Shown here piece after piece: positions 1-12,278 of a DNA stretch of 64,000 nt. The stretch is from Anaerosomatales bacterium (GTDB lineage: Bacteria > Actinomycetota > Coriobacteriia > Anaerosomatales > SLCP01), in assembly GCA_029210645.1 (NCBI GenBank), contig JARGFT010000011.1, positions 9,519 through 73,518 on the forward strand. Direction: 5' to 3'. Positions within the stretch are counted from its first letter, which is position 1. Every line of letters begins with the position of its first letter. The notes beneath the pieces are model-generated. The model searched no databases. It was not told where the DNA came from and worked only from the letters and a program-made list of their open reading frames with translations. The translations under genes were made by a program, and so were the position numbers.

Positions 1-335
1 ACCTCGGCCACGACGATGCCCCGCTCGGTCTCGGCAATCTCACCGAAGATGCGCGCGATCTCGCCGAGCGTGTCGGTATGACCTCTCTCGACTGCCAGGG
101 TGACCACCGACAAGACCTCGGGCGTCACCTTCTCGCCGAAGATGTCGCGCATGACGTCGCGCTTCTTCTCGGCAGGGATGCCGCTGTCGGTAAGCGCGGT
201 ACGCAGGTCGATGTGACCGCGGACCGCTTCGGCAGCGGCGCTCACACCCTCGTCGGCCGCGTCGACCGCATCGGCAGCGGAGGCGAGGTCGAAGAGGACC
301 CGTGCATAGGTCCTTGCGATCTCGCTAGTTGTCAT
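1..335 (-). CDS. atpH: ATP synthase F1 delta (OSCP) subunit, partial (C-terminus beyond window start)
   Basis: My translation from the ATG at 335 gives MTTSEIARTYARVLFDLASAADAVDAADEGVS..., a delta/OSCP-like N-terminus. The ATG overlaps the atpF stop. Position after atpB-E-F fits. Confidence 0.8.
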   Translation of the reverse strand, partial: MTTSEIARTYARVLFDLASAADAVDAADEGVSAAAEAVRGHIDLRTALTDSGIPAEKKRDVMRDIFGEKVTPEVLSVVTLAVERGHTDTLGEIARIFGEIAETERGIVVAE

Positions 336-867
336 TGAGGCTGCCCACCTCGGCGACGTACTTCTCGATGAGGCTCGCATGATCGGCCGTGGAGAGCTTC
401 TCGCCGATCAGCTTGCCGGCCACCGCGACCGAAAGATCGGCCACCGATGCCTGCAACTCGCCGATGGCGGCCTTTTTCTCGGCCTCCATGGCCTCGTGCG
501 CCTTGGCGACGATAGCCTCTGCGTCCTTGTTGGCCTGCGCGACGATCTCGGCCTTCATCGACTCTGCGACCTTGCGGCCCTGCTCGATGACCTTGCCGGC
601 CTCACCGCGCGCCTCGGCCATCTGCTGCTTGTACTCCTCGAGCATGCGCTCGGCCTCGACCTTGGTCTGCTCGGCCTTCTCGAGGGACTCCTTGATGGTG
701 GCCGCACGCTTGTCCAGTGTGGACGAGATGGGGCCGAACGCGAACTTCCTGAGCAGGAAGAACAGCAAGAGGAACGCAAGGATCGACGGCCAGATGTCGG
801 CCAGTACCGGCACGACCGAGATCGACGATCCGCCTTCCTCAGCTGCGTAGGCGACTCCTACAAACAT
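325..867 (-). CDS. atpF: ATP synthase F0 subunit b
   Basis: 180 aa with an N-terminal TM helix followed by a long charged A/E/K coiled coil. Lies between atpE and atpH. Confidence 0.9.
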   Translation of the reverse strand: MFVGVAYAAEEGGSSISVVPVLADIWPSILAFLLLFFLLRKFAFGPISSTLDKRAATIKESLEKAEQTKVEAERMLEEYKQQMAEARGEAGKVIEQGRKVAESMKAEIVAQANKDAEAIVAKAHEAMEAEKKAAIGELQASVADLSVAVAGKLIGEKLSTADHASLIEKYVAEVGSLNDN

Positions 868-900
868 GGCTCTACTACCTCCACTCTCGGTAGCGCGGAC

Positions 901-1170
<270 letters not shown>

Positions 1171-1208
1171 TCAATCCATACCGGCGTGTGCCGGCCAGAA
1201 ACCTGTCT

Positions 1209-2015
1209 CTAGTGCTCCGATGCGTGGAGCGCACCACCGATGTAGACGGAGGTGAGGATTGCGAACACGTATGCCTGGATGAACGCGACGAAGACCTTGA
1301 AGCCGTACATGATGACCAACATCATGAAGCCGAAGCCGGTCATGGTGATGCCGAGCGCACCGAGCTGCTGAGCGCCGAGGATCATGAAGATCCCGAAGAT
1401 GCCGAGGATGATGCCGCCGGCGAACATGTTGGCGTAGAGACGGACGGCGAGCGTCAGGGGACGCAGGAAGTGTCCGACCAGCTCGAGAACGAAGATGAAG
1501 GGCCCCAGGGTGAACCGGCCGCCCGGACCCATCTCCCTCACGCCGCTCGGGACGAAGCTCTTGAGGTATCCGATGACGCCGTTCTTCTTGAAGCCGATGG
1601 CGTTATACACGATGAAGACCATCAGGGCCCAGGTCGCGGTCACGCCGATGGAACCGGTACCGGGCAATGCGCCGGGAACCAGTCCAATCACGTTGTTGAA
1701 GAGGATGAAGAAGAAGAGCGTGCCGATGAACGGCGCGTACTTCGCCCCGTCCTTGCCCATGTTGTCCACGCACAGGTTGCGGATGAACTCGTATCCGGCC
1801 TCGGCGACCTGACCGATGCCCTGGGGCACGATCGAGACCCGCCTCGCAGCGACGAGGAAGAATGCGAGCGTGATGACGAACGCGATGATCAGGAAGAACG
1901 TGTAGTTGGTGAGAACGAACGGGTCCACCGCGTCTACCGTCCCGTTGACGTCACTGAACGGCAGAACAGAGTAGTGATGAAGCTTGGATGCCAGTTTCTC
2001 AGCAAAACCATCCAC
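1209..2015 (-). CDS. atpB: ATP synthase F0 subunit a
   Basis: 268-aa polytopic protein carrying the conserved ...LAVRLYANMFAGG... arginine motif. Confidence 0.95.
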   Translation of the reverse strand: MDGFAEKLASKLHHYSVLPFSDVNGTVDAVDPFVLTNYTFFLIIAFVITLAFFLVAARRVSIVPQGIGQVAEAGYEFIRNLCVDNMGKDGAKYAPFIGTLFFFILFNNVIGLVPGALPGTGSIGVTATWALMVFIVYNAIGFKKNGVIGYLKSFVPSGVREMGPGGRFTLGPFIFVLELVGHFLRPLTLAVRLYANMFAGGIILGIFGIFMILGAQQLGALGITMTGFGFMMLVIMYGFKVFVAFIQAYVFAILTSVYIGGALHASEH

Positions 2016-2030
2016 GCGGTCGTTCCTCCT

Positions 2031-2387
2031 TTACCGGGGTCGGGCGAGCACCTTGCCGTATCGCACGAGTTCCACCGTGTACAGCACGACAAAGCCGCCC
2101 GCTACTCCTGCAGCGAACGGCACGAATCCCTCAGATATGAAACGGAAGTACAGGAACAGGACGGCGGCGGCGAGCGCCATTCGAACGAACAGGGATATCG
2201 CCGCGAAGATGAGACCGGACTCCATCGAGTCCGGGGTGATGGCCTTGAAGCTCGCCCGGGAGGTCAGCAGAAGCCCGGCGCCCAATGCGATGCCGAGTAC
2301 TGCCGCGACGACCGGGTGGCCGAGCAGCGCGAGTACGCTATCGACGAGTGCGGGAGACAGCGACGGACCCCTCCGGTTAGGACTCAT
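2031..2387 (-). CDS. Small membrane protein, AtpI-like (ATP synthase protein I)
   Basis: The hydrophobic C-terminal 118 aa of ORF 2031..2546 sit immediately upstream of atpB. Start trimmed to the internal ATG (MSPNRRG...). The longer TTG start at 2546 would run through a strong hairpin. Confidence 0.5.
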   Translation of the reverse strand: MSPNRRGPSLSPALVDSVLALLGHPVVAAVLGIALGAGLLLTSRASFKAITPDSMESGLIFAAISLFVRMALAAAVLFLYFRFISEGFVPFAAGVAGGFVVLYTVELVRYGKVLARPR

Positions 2388-2450
2388 CGGTACATGACGC
2401 ACACTGTGAGACCAACCGCGGAGGCGGGTGCGCGAGCGACCTGGGCGAAA

Positions 2451-2474
2451 GGCGTGACCGAAACCGGTCACGCC
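2451..2474 (-). terminator. GC-rich hairpin downstream of wecA-like gene (putative intrinsic terminator)
   Basis: Minus strand reads GGCGTGACCG-GTTT-CGGTCACGCC, a perfect 10-bp stem followed by TTTCG. Lies 88 nt after the stop at 2562. The U-tract is short. Confidence 0.4.
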
Positions 2475-2561
2475 GCCGTTGACCGCTTGTCCGACGGGGG
2501 TCTCGGAAAGCTTGCCCATCGTACACGAACACCTCGGAGCGGGCAAGAAGCGAATGCGGGG

Positions 2562-3701
2562 TCAGTCACCCTCGCAGGACACGTCCCCGGACGGGGCGTT
2601 GTCGGTCCCCGAAAACGCATCTTCGGGCAGCTCATCGGCGTGGTAATGCGCCATCTCGAAGAGGCCGAGCCAGTGCGCCATGAACACCGAGAGACCTGCC
2701 AGCACCCCGAAGGTGAGAAGCTTCACCGAAGTGGCCGCCCAGCGCATGGCGTATGCGCCCACGCCCAGCCCCGCCGACCACACATAGATGATGAGCACCG
2801 TCTGCCGCTGCCCGAAACCCCGTCCCAGCAGCCGGTGGTGGATGTGACCCCGGTCGGCCTCCTGGATCGGCCGCTTGTGCCGCACCCGCCGCACGATCGC
2901 GCTTGCCGTGTCGAAGATCGGCACGCCGATGATGAGCAAGGGCACCACCAGCGTGATGGCCGCAACCGATTTCATCACGCCGAGAAGCGAGATGGCCGCG
3001 AGCGAGAAGCCAAGGAACATCGCCCCCGAGTCGCCCATGAAGATACTCGCAGGGTGGAAGTTGTGACGTAGGAAGCCGACACACGCACCGATGAGCGCCG
3101 CAGCGAACACCGCTGCGTCAGGCCGGTTCCCCTGCAGCGCGAGCACCAGCATCGTCGTACCCGCGATCGCGCTGACGCCGGCTGCCAGGCCGTCGAGCCC
3201 GTCGATGAGGTTGATGACGTTCGTGAAGGCGACGACGTAGACAGCGGTGATCGGGATACTGAGCAGCCCGAGCATGATCAGCCCGCCGAACGGGTTGCCG
3301 ATGAACTCGATCCGCAGGCCGAATGCGATAAGCACCCCTGCTGCGGCGACCTGACCGATCAGTTTCTGTCCGGCGTTGAGACCGAAGATGTCGTCGATAA
3401 GTCCGGTGACAAAGATGATGGCCAGACCGATGGCGCAACCGACGATCTGCGAGTCTGAGTCGGCAAGTGCCGTGCTCCACCCGAGCTGCCACTCCCCCAC
3501 TAGCTGCAGGGCGATTGCAGCCGCGATGCCCACTACGATGGCGATGCCGCCCAACCGCGACACGTCGCGCGTATGCACCTTGCGCTCCCCCGGCCGGTCA
3601 ACCAGCCCGAACCGTAGCGACACCTTCCGGACCACCGGGGTAAGCAGGAGTGTCACCACCGCGGCAACACCCACGAGCAGCGCGATGTGTTGCACGGTCA
3701 C
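2562..3701 (-). CDS. wecA: Glycosyltransferase family 4 (MraY/WecA-type undecaprenyl-phosphate GlcNAc-1-phosphate transferase)
   Basis: 379-aa polytopic protein with ...[10 protein letters not shown]... and ...FMGDSG... motifs. Sits at the rfe/wecA position upstream of the atp operon, as in actinobacteria. Confidence 0.85.
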   Translation of the reverse strand: MTVQHIALLVGVAAVVTLLLTPVVRKVSLRFGLVDRPGERKVHTRDVSRLGGIAIVVGIAAAIALQLVGEWQLGWSTALADSDSQIVGCAIGLAIIFVTGLIDDIFGLNAGQKLIGQVAAAGVLIAFGLRIEFIGNPFGGLIMLGLLSIPITAVYVVAFTNVINLIDGLDGLAAGVSAIAGTTMLVLALQGNRPDAAVFAAALIGACVGFLRHNFHPASIFMGDSGAMFLGFSLAAISLLGVMKSVAAITLVVPLLIIGVPIFDTASAIVRRVRHKRPIQEADRGHIHHRLLGRGFGQRQTVLIIYVWSAGLGVGAYAMRWAATSVKLLTFGVLAGLSVFMAHWLGLFEMAHYHADELPEDAFSGTDNAPSGDVSCEGD

Positions 3702-4156
3702 CCGCTCTCACCGCCGCCGATGCGGCGCGGAGTCACACCCGCCTCTCCGAGAAGCTCCTCGGAGAGCGGGTCCGGGTAGGAATCGCGGTACGCGATGTCC
3801 ACGACACCTGCGTTGATCAGGATCTTTGCGCACAGGGAGCAGGGTTGATGGGTACTGTACACGGTAGAACCGTCGATCGTGATGCCGTGCTTCGCGGCCT
3901 GGATGACAGCGTTCTGCTCGGCATGGATGCCCCGGCAGAGTTCGTGATGACTGCCCGAAGCGATGTTGCGCTGCTCGCGCAGACACCCGACCTCCTCGCA
4001 GTGGCGCAAGCCCGCAGGCGTGCCGTTATAGCCGGTGGCGAGGATGCGCCGGTCCTTGACCAGTACCGCGCCGGTCTGCCGACGCAGGCAGGTCGACCTT
4101 CCGGCCACCTGCTCGGCGATGCTCATGAAGTAGTTGTCCCATGACGGCCGTGGCAT
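3698..4156 (-). CDS. dCMP deaminase (cytidine/deoxycytidylate deaminase family)
   Basis: Zinc motifs HAEQNA and PCSLCAKIL. Start trimmed to [10 protein letters not shown]..., since the longer ORF would overlap upp. Confidence 0.85.
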   Translation of the reverse strand: MPRPSWDNYFMSIAEQVAGRSTCLRRQTGAVLVKDRRILATGYNGTPAGLRHCEEVGCLREQRNIASGSHHELCRGIHAEQNAVIQAAKHGITIDGSTVYSTHQPCSLCAKILINAGVVDIAYRDSYPDPLSEELLGEAGVTPRRIGGGESG

Positions 4157-4173
4157 GCGCGGGGCCCCTGCCG

Positions 4174-4821
4174 CTACTTGGTGCCGAAGAGGCGGTCGCC
4201 GGCGTCCCCGAGACCGGGCACGATATACCCGTGGTCGTTGAGGTGGCTGTCCACGCAGCACGTGTAGATGCACACATCTTCGCAGTTCTTGACGACCTCT
4301 TCGATGCCCTCGGGGGCGGCGATGAGGACGAGAAGGTTGATCGAGCGCGCTCCGCGGGCGCGCAGGAACTGGACTGCCGCGGCAGCAGAGCCACCGGTGG
4401 CGAGCATCGGGTCGACGATGAGGATGTCGCGTTCGCCGATGTCCTCGGGAAGCTTGCAGTAGTACTCGACCGGCTGCAGCGTCTCCGGGTCGCGGTAGAG
4501 CCCCACGTGCCCCACCCGCGCTGCGGGGATCAGCTCGAGAATGCCCTCCACCATGCCAAGTCCGGCGCGGAGGATCGGGATGACAGCGACCTTCTTGCCC
4601 GCGAGCACGTACGTGGTGGTCTCGGTGATCGGCGTGGTGACGGTGGTCTCGGTGAGCTGGAAGCCCCGGGTCGCCTCGAAGGCCATGAGCATGGCGAGCT
4701 CCTTGACGAGCTCGCGGAACACCTTGGCGCCGGTTCCGACGTCCCGCAGGATCGACAGCTTGTGCTGGATGAGCGGGTGGTCCATCACCATGACGTTCGG
4801 GTACTGGGTGTTGCTCTTCAT
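4174..4821 (-). CDS. upp: Uracil phosphoribosyltransferase
   Basis: 215 aa with the PRPP-binding ...[13 protein letters not shown]... motif and a ...[12 protein letters not shown]... C-terminus. Confidence 0.95.
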   Translation of the reverse strand: MKSNTQYPNVMVMDHPLIQHKLSILRDVGTGAKVFRELVKELAMLMAFEATRGFQLTETTVTTPITETTTYVLAGKKVAVIPILRAGLGMVEGILELIPAARVGHVGLYRDPETLQPVEYYCKLPEDIGERDILIVDPMLATGGSAAAAVQFLRARGARSINLLVLIAAPEGIEEVVKNCEDVCIYTCCVDSHLNDHGYIVPGLGDAGDRLFGTK

Positions 4822-4869
4822 CGGGCCGATACCTCCGTCACCGTCGGTTCGCGGGGCTGGGATTGCGGA

Positions 4870-6117
<1,248 letters not shown>

Positions 6118-6176
6118 GAGTGTCGTGCTCCCCTTCTCATCGTGCGGCGCACACTGCCGCACACACCGGTCACGTA

Positions 6177-6623
6177 CTAGGCGCGATCCCTCTCGAGCGC
6201 CGCTATCTTATCCACGCGGCGCTGGTGCCGACCGCCTTCGAATGCTGTTGCGAGGAACGTGTCGACGATCTCGCGCGCGGTCTCCTCGGGCAGGTAGCGC
6301 CCGCCCATGGTGACGACGTTCGCATCGTTGTGAAGCCGCGACATCTTCGCCATCTCGGGATCGTAGACGTTGGCCGCCCGAACGCCGTCCATCTTGTTGG
6401 CGGCTATCGCGACGCCGATTCCCGAGCCACAGACGAGCACTCCGCGCTCCGCCTCGCCACGCGCAACGGCCGCTCCGACTGCTGCGGCGAGATCCGGATA
6501 GTCGACCGAATCGTTGGTGTGAGTGCCGACGTCAGTGACCTCGTGCCCGAGCTCTCTGAGGTGCTCCTCGAGCTTCTCCTTCAGCTCGAAACCCGCATGG
6601 TCACTGCCGATGGAGATACGCAT
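6177..6623 (-). CDS. rpiB: Ribose-5-phosphate isomerase B
   Basis: 148 aa, [15 protein letters not shown]... with the ...VLVCGSGIG... motif. Confidence 0.92.
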   Translation of the reverse strand: MRISIGSDHAGFELKEKLEEHLRELGHEVTDVGTHTNDSVDYPDLAAAVGAAVARGEAERGVLVCGSGIGVAIAANKMDGVRAANVYDPEMAKMSRLHNDANVVTMGGRYLPEETAREIVDTFLATAFEGGRHQRRVDKIAALERDRA

Positions 6624-6731
6624 GCCCGAGGGCCCCTTTCAGCCGTGAGAACGGATCGGCGGTGGCATCCGACCGGACACCACCGCCGATTGTATACCAC
6701 TCAGAAGGCACACGCCCCGACACGACGGCCG

Positions 6732-7379
6732 CTATACTCCACCCCGCGCGGCCGCCATGATCTGGTCGGTCGGGATGGCCCCCCCACGCAGGACCACGGG
6801 CTCGGGACCGGTGCAGTCCACGACCGTCGAAGCCGTGCGGTGCGCAGTCTCCCCGCCGTCGAGAACGACGTCGGCGGCCGCGAGGATCCGCTCCTCGACC
6901 TCGGCGAAGTCGCCCGGTGCGGGCATGCCGCTCGTGTTGGCCGACGTGGCGATGATCGGACCGCCGGATGCCTGGATGAGCTCCATGACGACTTCGTGAT
7001 CGGGGCTCCTCAGCGCCACGGTGCCATCGTCGGCACGGAAGTCCGGACCGACGACGTCAGAGGCCTTGACCACGAGGCTCAACGCTCCGGGCCAGAACGC
7101 CTTGGCGAGATTGTGCGCATACTCCGGGACTTCAACACCGTAGATATCGAGGGCATCCTCGTCCTCGACGAGCCAGGGCAGAGGCTTCTCGAGGGGGCGG
7201 ACCTTGATGTCGAAGATCTCGTGGGGACCGAAACACGAGTGTGCAGCCGCCCCGATGCCGTAGACGGTTTCCGTCGGGAACACGACGATCCCGCCGTCTC
7301 GCAGCACCGTGGCGGCGAGGTTTATCACTTCTGCTGACGGGTTCTCCGGGTCGATGTGGAACACCTTGCTCATCGCCAA
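6732..7379 (-). CDS. tsaC: L-threonylcarbamoyladenylate synthase (YrdC/Sua5 family)
   Basis: 215 aa with ...FPTETVYGIGA... and ...SANTSG... motifs. Conserved position after prmC. Confidence 0.88.
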   Translation of the reverse strand: MAMSKVFHIDPENPSAEVINLAATVLRDGGIVVFPTETVYGIGAAAHSCFGPHEIFDIKVRPLEKPLPWLVEDEDALDIYGVEVPEYAHNLAKAFWPGALSLVVKASDVVGPDFRADDGTVALRSPDHEVVMELIQASGGPIIATSANTSGMPAPGDFAEVEERILAAADVVLDGGETAHRTASTVVDCTGPEPVVLRGGAIPTDQIMAAARGGV

Positions 7380-7418
7380 CCGCCTCCGATCATCCTGGAC
7401 TGCCCTGGCTGGACGAAC

Positions 7419-8285
7419 CTATCTCCTCCGGCCGACCACCACTCGGTCCCGGCCGGCAAGATCCCTTACTGTCCTTACTTCTTGATACCACTCCCGTACT
7501 CCTTCGGAAGCATCCTTCGCGCATGTTTCGTCTATCTCCATCGCAACCACACCCTCCGGCCCGAGCCATTCGCACGCCTGCTCGGCGATTCGTCGCACGA
7601 CGTCAAGACCGTCCGGACCGCCGTCAAGCGCGAGACGCGGCTCGAAGCCGAGCACCTCGGCGGGCAGCGTCGGCAGATCACAGGTCGGGACGTAAGGCGG
7701 ATTCGCTATCACGAGATCGACTTCGCCCCGCAGCTCGTCAGGTACCCCCGCGAACAGGTCGCCTTCGAGCACCGTGACCCGGTCGGCCACCCCGAGCCGC
7801 TCGGCGTTCGCGCGCGCGACACCGACGGCGACGGGCGTGATCTCCGTGGCCACCACGCGGGCATCGGGGCGCTCCGTCGCGATGGCGCAGGCGATGCACC
7901 CCGATCCGCTGCACATCTCCAGCACCACAGGGCCCTCCACGTCTGCGATCATCTCGAGGGCAACGTCGACAAGGACCTCGGTCTCCGGCCTAGGGATGAA
8001 GACGCCGGGCTCGACGCGCACCACTATGTGACGGAAGGGCATCTCGCCGGTGACGTACTGCAGCGGCTCGCCGGCCGCACGGCGCTTCACGCCCTCGCGC
8101 AGCGTCGTGCGCTCCTCGTCGGAGAGAGGTCGCTCGTGGTACGCATACACCTCGACCCTCGACAGCCCCGTGGCCGCGGAGAGCAGCCATTCGGCGGAGC
8201 GTCGGGGCGACTCGATACCCTCCCGCTCGAAGTAGGCCACCGTCCAGTCGAGCGCGTCTTTGATCGTCCAGACGCGCGTCCCCAT
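7419..8285 (-). CDS. prmC: Release-factor glutamine N5-methyltransferase
   Basis: SAM motif ...LEMCSGSGCIA... and the NPPY motif (...VIANPPYVP...). Directly follows prfA. Confidence 0.93.
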   Translation of the reverse strand: MGTRVWTIKDALDWTVAYFEREGIESPRRSAEWLLSAATGLSRVEVYAYHERPLSDEERTTLREGVKRRAAGEPLQYVTGEMPFRHIVVRVEPGVFIPRPETEVLVDVALEMIADVEGPVVLEMCSGSGCIACAIATERPDARVVATEITPVAVGVARANAERLGVADRVTVLEGDLFAGVPDELRGEVDLVIANPPYVPTCDLPTLPAEVLGFEPRLALDGGPDGLDVVRRIAEQACEWLGPEGVVAMEIDETCAKDASEGVREWYQEVRTVRDLAGRDRVVVGRRR

Positions 8286-8288
8286 GCG

Positions 8289-9356
8289 TCAGACCACCGA
8301 GGCCAGACGCTCGGCGCGATCGGCGGCAGCGAGCGCGTCGATCACCGGCCCGATCTCCCCCATCATGATCGCGGGGAGGTTGTGCACGGTAAGCCCGATG
8401 CGGTGGTCGGTCAGCCGGTCCTGCGGGAAGTTGTAGGTACGGATCTTCTCCGAGCGCCCGCCCGAGCCGATCTGGCTGCGGCGCGCATCGCCGAGCTCGG
8501 CCTGCTGCCGTTCGAGCTCCATCTCGTACAGGCGCGCGCGCAGGACGCGCATCGCGTTCTCCTTGTTCTGCAGCTGCGACTTCTGGTTCTGCGACTGGAC
8601 TACGAGCCCGGTGGGCAGGTGAGTGATCCGCACCGCGGAGTCTGTGGTGTTGACCGACTGGCCCCCGGGCCCGCTGGACCGGTAGACGTCAATGCGCAGG
8701 TCGTTCTGGTTGACCTCGACTTCCACGTCCTCGACCTCGGGGAGGACCGCGACGGTGGCGGTCGACGTGTGGATGCGCCCGCCCGACTCGGTGGCAGGGA
8801 TCCGCTGCACGCGGTGAACGCCGGACTCGAACTTCAGCTTCGAGTAGACGCTCGCCCCTTTGACCATGAACGAGACCTCTTTGAACCCGCCGACCTCGTT
8901 CTCCGAGGCGTCGATCTCCTCGGCCTTCCAGCGCTGCGACTCGGCGAACCGCGTATACATCCGGTAGAGGTCGGCCGCGAACAGTCCCGCTTCGTCACCC
9001 CCGGCCCCGGCGCGGATCTCGACGATGACGTTCTTGTCGTCATTCGGGTCGGTCGGAAGCATCATGACCTTGAGGTCTTCCTCGAGCACATGCTTGCGCT
9101 GCTCCAACTCGCCGAGCTCCTCACGGGCAAGCTCGCGCATCTCCGGATCGCTCTCGGAGCGCACGATCTCCTCGGCGTCGGCGATCCCGTCGAGCACGCC
9201 GAAGTACGCCACGATTGCGTTGGCGAGCGGTGTCTGCGAGGCCTGCTCCTTGGCCAGCCGCGCGTAGGTCTTCTGATCGGAGTGCAGTGCCGGATCGCCG
9301 AGGCGATCGGTCAGCTCCCGGTAGGAAGAGAGTATCGATTCGAGCTTCTCGCGCAT
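8289..9356 (-). CDS. prfA: Peptide chain release factor 1
   Basis: 355 aa with the GGQ motif (...[11 protein letters not shown]...) and the PAT tripeptide (...RIPATES...). Confidence 0.97.
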   Translation of the reverse strand: MREKLESILSSYRELTDRLGDPALHSDQKTYARLAKEQASQTPLANAIVAYFGVLDGIADAEEIVRSESDPEMRELAREELGELEQRKHVLEEDLKVMMLPTDPNDDKNVIVEIRAGAGGDEAGLFAADLYRMYTRFAESQRWKAEEIDASENEVGGFKEVSFMVKGASVYSKLKFESGVHRVQRIPATESGGRIHTSTATVAVLPEVEDVEVEVNQNDLRIDVYRSSGPGGQSVNTTDSAVRITHLPTGLVVQSQNQKSQLQNKENAMRVLRARLYEMELERQQAELGDARRSQIGSGGRSEKIRTYNFPQDRLTDHRIGLTVHNLPAIMMGEIGPVIDALAAADRAERLASVV

Positions 9357-9426
9357 GCGGAGTGAGTCCTAACGTCAGCGAAGTCTGTTCGATGCAAGCG
9401 TAGCATGATGGGCCGGTCATGCGGGG

Positions 9427-9981
9427 TCAGCCGAGCGTACTCCAGCCGCGTCCCAGGACCCGCCAGTACGTGCGGCTTGCAAACACGAGCGCCGTCGCGA
9501 TCGCGACGTACAGAACGCCGAGGACGGGCCGCGGAGTCGCCGTGAGCCGCAGCGCATGCCCGCCCGCCATCATGATGACGACCACGACCCACGAGCGCAC
9601 CGACAGGAAGCCGACGATCGAGGCATCCGGTCCCCGGTCGTGGATGCGGCGGGCTACCCCACGGGCTACACGATCGAGGAGGAAGCGAGCCTTCACGGTG
9701 CCGACCAGTACGCCGGTGCCGGCGAGCAGCAGCGTCCACGCCACGGGAAGCAACCAGCCGATGCCGCGAATGCCGAGTATCGCCGCGGCCACCAGCCACA
9801 GTCCTCCGGCGAGAACGAGCTGGATGCGCTCGCCGGCAACGAGCGATGCCCTGACGAGTGCCGCGGGCACGGCATCAGCAAAGGATGGGATACCCGCGGA
9901 TGCGGTCATGGTGCCTGATGCCTCGGACGGTATCGAGACCGTCGCGCGCGGCTCTACGGTGCGTTTCATGGTGCGGTGCAC
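9427..9981 (-). CDS. Hypothetical polytopic membrane protein
   Basis: 184 aa with about 4 hydrophobic helices and no motif I recognise. The start could be GTG 9981 or ATG 9969. Confidence 0.55.
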   Translation of the reverse strand: MHRTMKRTVEPRATVSIPSEASGTMTASAGIPSFADAVPAALVRASLVAGERIQLVLAGGLWLVAAAILGIRGIGWLLPVAWTLLLAGTGVLVGTVKARFLLDRVARGVARRIHDRGPDASIVGFLSVRSWVVVVIMMAGGHALRLTATPRPVLGVLYVAIATALVFASRTYWRVLGRGWSTLG

Positions 9982-9995
9982 AGCAAACTCCGCGC

Positions 9996-11021
9996 CTACG
10001 AGAGGATGACCGGCTCGACCTCGTCAGGAGCCAGATCCCCGGAGGACGGATCGCCACCGCACATGCCGACCGGAGGCGCCGCCTTGCCGCGGGCGAGCGC
10101 GGCCTCGCGCTCCTCGCAGGCGATGACCGCATTCATCGCCACCACAGCGACCTCCACCATGCTGTCATCGGGCTCCCTCGTCGTCATCCGCTGGAGCTGG
10201 AGTCCCGGCCACAGCACGACCTTGACCACGGGGTTGTCGGGCGCCTTGCCGGCCCACTTGATGACCTCGTATGCAAGCCCGGCGATGAGCGGGAGCAGGA
10301 GGATCCGGAATGAGATCGCAACGAGCAGCGTGATGATGCGGTGGTCGGTGCCGAGCAGGCCGGTGACCGCCTTGACGGGGATGAGCGAGAACACCAAGAT
10401 CGCGATGACCATCACCATCAGCAGGAACGAAGTCCCGCAGCGCACGTGCATGGTCTGGTAGCGCTGGATGATCTCGGCATCGAGCGGCAGCCCCCGCTCG
10501 TAGGCGTGGATGGTCTTGTGCTCGGCCCCGTGATAGGCGAAGACACGCTGGATGTCCTTGATGCGGCTGATCGCCCAGATGTAGATGAAGAAGGCCGCGA
10601 CGCGCAGCACTCCGTCGACCACGTTCCACGTGAACGGGCGCTCTGTGGCCTGTCCCACCATGAAGTTGGTGAGAACGGCCGGCAGCACGATGAAGAGCAC
10701 CACGGCAAGCCCGATGCCGAGGACCATAGAGAGCGCGATCTCCTTGCTCGAGAGCTGCTCCTCCTCAGTCTCACCGGCATACTCGGCCGAGATGGCGAAC
10801 GCCTTCATAGCGAGCACGAGACTCTCGTAGAGACCGACGACACCGCGGATGACCGGCTTGCCGAGGTTAGGGTGCTTGGAGACGGCGGTGCGCAGCTCGT
10901 GCTCCTCGACGTGGATCTCGCCATCCGGCTTGCGGATGGCCACCGCCCAGTTGTGTCTGCCTCTCATCATGACGCCCTCGAGGACCGCCTGGCCCCCGAT
11001 GTGCGTGTGCTTGACCGGCAT
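9996..11021 (-). CDS. DUF1385 family membrane protein (often linked to prmC/prfA)
   Basis: MPVKHTHIGGQAVLEGVMMRG... and ...YHGAEHKTI... are hallmarks of DUF1385. Start trimmed to the ATG at 11021, which shares 1 nt with the upstream stop. Confidence 0.8.
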   Translation of the reverse strand: MPVKHTHIGGQAVLEGVMMRGRHNWAVAIRKPDGEIHVEEHELRTAVSKHPNLGKPVIRGVVGLYESLVLAMKAFAISAEYAGETEEEQLSSKEIALSMVLGIGLAVVLFIVLPAVLTNFMVGQATERPFTWNVVDGVLRVAAFFIYIWAISRIKDIQRVFAYHGAEHKTIHAYERGLPLDAEIIQRYQTMHVRCGTSFLLMVMVIAILVFSLIPVKAVTGLLGTDHRIITLLVAISFRILLLPLIAGLAYEVIKWAGKAPDNPVVKVVLWPGLQLQRMTTREPDDSMVEVAVVAMNAVIACEEREAALARGKAAPPVGMCGGDPSSGDLAPDEVEPVILS

Positions 11022-11503
11022 CAGCGTTCGTCCTTCCCTCCGAGAAGTATGGTCCACCCACGCTTGACCTCGATGGGCACGGACGAGTAGGTCGCAAGCC
11101 ATACGAGATAGACAGCCACCGCGGCGAGCAGAAGTGCCGCAGTGGGCTGGTTGAGCCAGTGAGGACTGCCGGGCAGCCTGAAGACGTCCATGATAGCAAG
11201 CCCGGTGATCGACATCGTCACGAGCGAGACGTTGGCAGCGTTGTCGCGGCGCTCCAGGTAGCGGACGCTGCGAATCTTCTGGCTTTCGCGCATCCGTGCC
11301 GCGATGCCCCACACCGCCGGGCGCAGGCCGACCGCGAGCAGCGGCAGGAATGTGGCGAAGAGCGGCCAGGACCACCCTTCGGCCAGAAGACCGGCGAAAA
11401 TCGCCGCGAAGACCACGGGAACCGCGAGATGGGCGATGACGACCCCGCGGTCGGGGTCGTAGACATCGCGCCCCGCGTCCCCGGGCAGCACGACCCTACT
11501 CAC
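11021..11503 (-). CDS. Hypothetical membrane protein
   Basis: 160 aa with about 4 TM helices. Overlaps the thyX stop and the DUF1385 start, which suggests translational coupling. Confidence 0.55.
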   Translation of the reverse strand: MSRVVLPGDAGRDVYDPDRGVVIAHLAVPVVFAAIFAGLLAEGWSWPLFATFLPLLAVGLRPAVWGIAARMRESQKIRSVRYLERRDNAANVSLVTMSITGLAIMDVFRLPGSPHWLNQPTAALLLAAVAVYLVWLATYSSVPIEVKRGWTILLGGKDER

Positions 11504-12179
11504 GTCGGGGCGCCCGCTCGTACGGCTCGCCGCAGGTCATCTTTCCCTCGCGGCACGGCCCGCGCCTGCACGACGCGCCCGCGTCCATGAAGACGTAGGG
11601 CGCGGTGGGCTCGGCGAGTGCGAGCATGCGCAGCGCGAGGTCACGGATCTCCCACTGGGCCCGCTTGCAGCACCTCAGCTCGAAGAAGTGCAGCAACTCG
11701 CGCACGTTCATGGTGATGACGATCTTCGTCTCCATGGCGTTGGGCAGCAGATAGCGGGCATCCTCTGCGGGGATCCCGGAGTCGACGAGCTCGCGGTAGG
11801 CAGCGAACGCGGCGGAGGCCGCGGCATCGAAACGCTCGCGAATCCCCGGATCGTCCGTCACGCTCGGCGGGACGATGAAGGTGGGCTCCTCGTCGTAGGC
11901 GACGTAGCGCTGCGACTGCTGGTTGTACGAGGCGAGGCGGTGACGGACGAGCTGGTGGGTCATCGCCCGGGAGACCCCGTCGACCGCGAAGGTGTAGGAG
12001 ACGTGCTCGAGCGCGGAGAAGTGGCCCGAGTTCATGATGGTGCGCAGGACCTTGCGCACGCTCTCGGCGGTCATGTCCTCGAAGAGCGCCGCGGCGCCCA
12101 CCGGCGCGTAGCAGAGCCGGGCGGCCGCGGCGATCGCACGCTCGGGATCGGGTGTGTGATAGAGCAGGCGAACGTCCAC
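11496..12179 (-). CDS. thyX: FAD-dependent thymidylate synthase
   Basis: ThyX signature ...RHRLASYNQQSQRY... Start placed at the GTG (VDVRLLYHTPDPE). The ORF could extend to 12251. Confidence 0.88.
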   Translation of the reverse strand: MDVRLLYHTPDPERAIAAAARLCYAPVGAAALFEDMTAESVRKVLRTIMNSGHFSALEHVSYTFAVDGVSRAMTHQLVRHRLASYNQQSQRYVAYDEEPTFIVPPSVTDDPGIRERFDAAASAAFAAYRELVDSGIPAEDARYLLPNAMETKIVITMNVRELLHFFELRCCKRAQWEIRDLALRMLALAEPTAPYVFMDAGASCRRGPCREGKMTCGEPYERAPRRE

Positions 12180-12278
12180 GCGGTGCCTCTCGGAACGCGG
12201 GGCCGTCGGGCCCCGATACGGCAAGGGAGGCGAGTCGCCTCGCCTCCCCATTCTAGCAGTGCCGGTGCGGCAGAACGC

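Noticed and set aside
6657-6699. TACAAT box followed by a 9-bp hairpin (CGGCGGTGG…CCACCGCCG) between tsaC and rpiB
   Set aside because: I found no acceptable -35 and the role is ambiguous between terminator and leader. The evidence was too weak to list as a feature.
7356-9365. 669-aa plus-strand ORF opposite prmC and prfA
   Set aside because: It is antisense to two unmistakable genes, its composition is dominated by R/L/G/D/H, and it has no motifs. This is a high-GC artefact.
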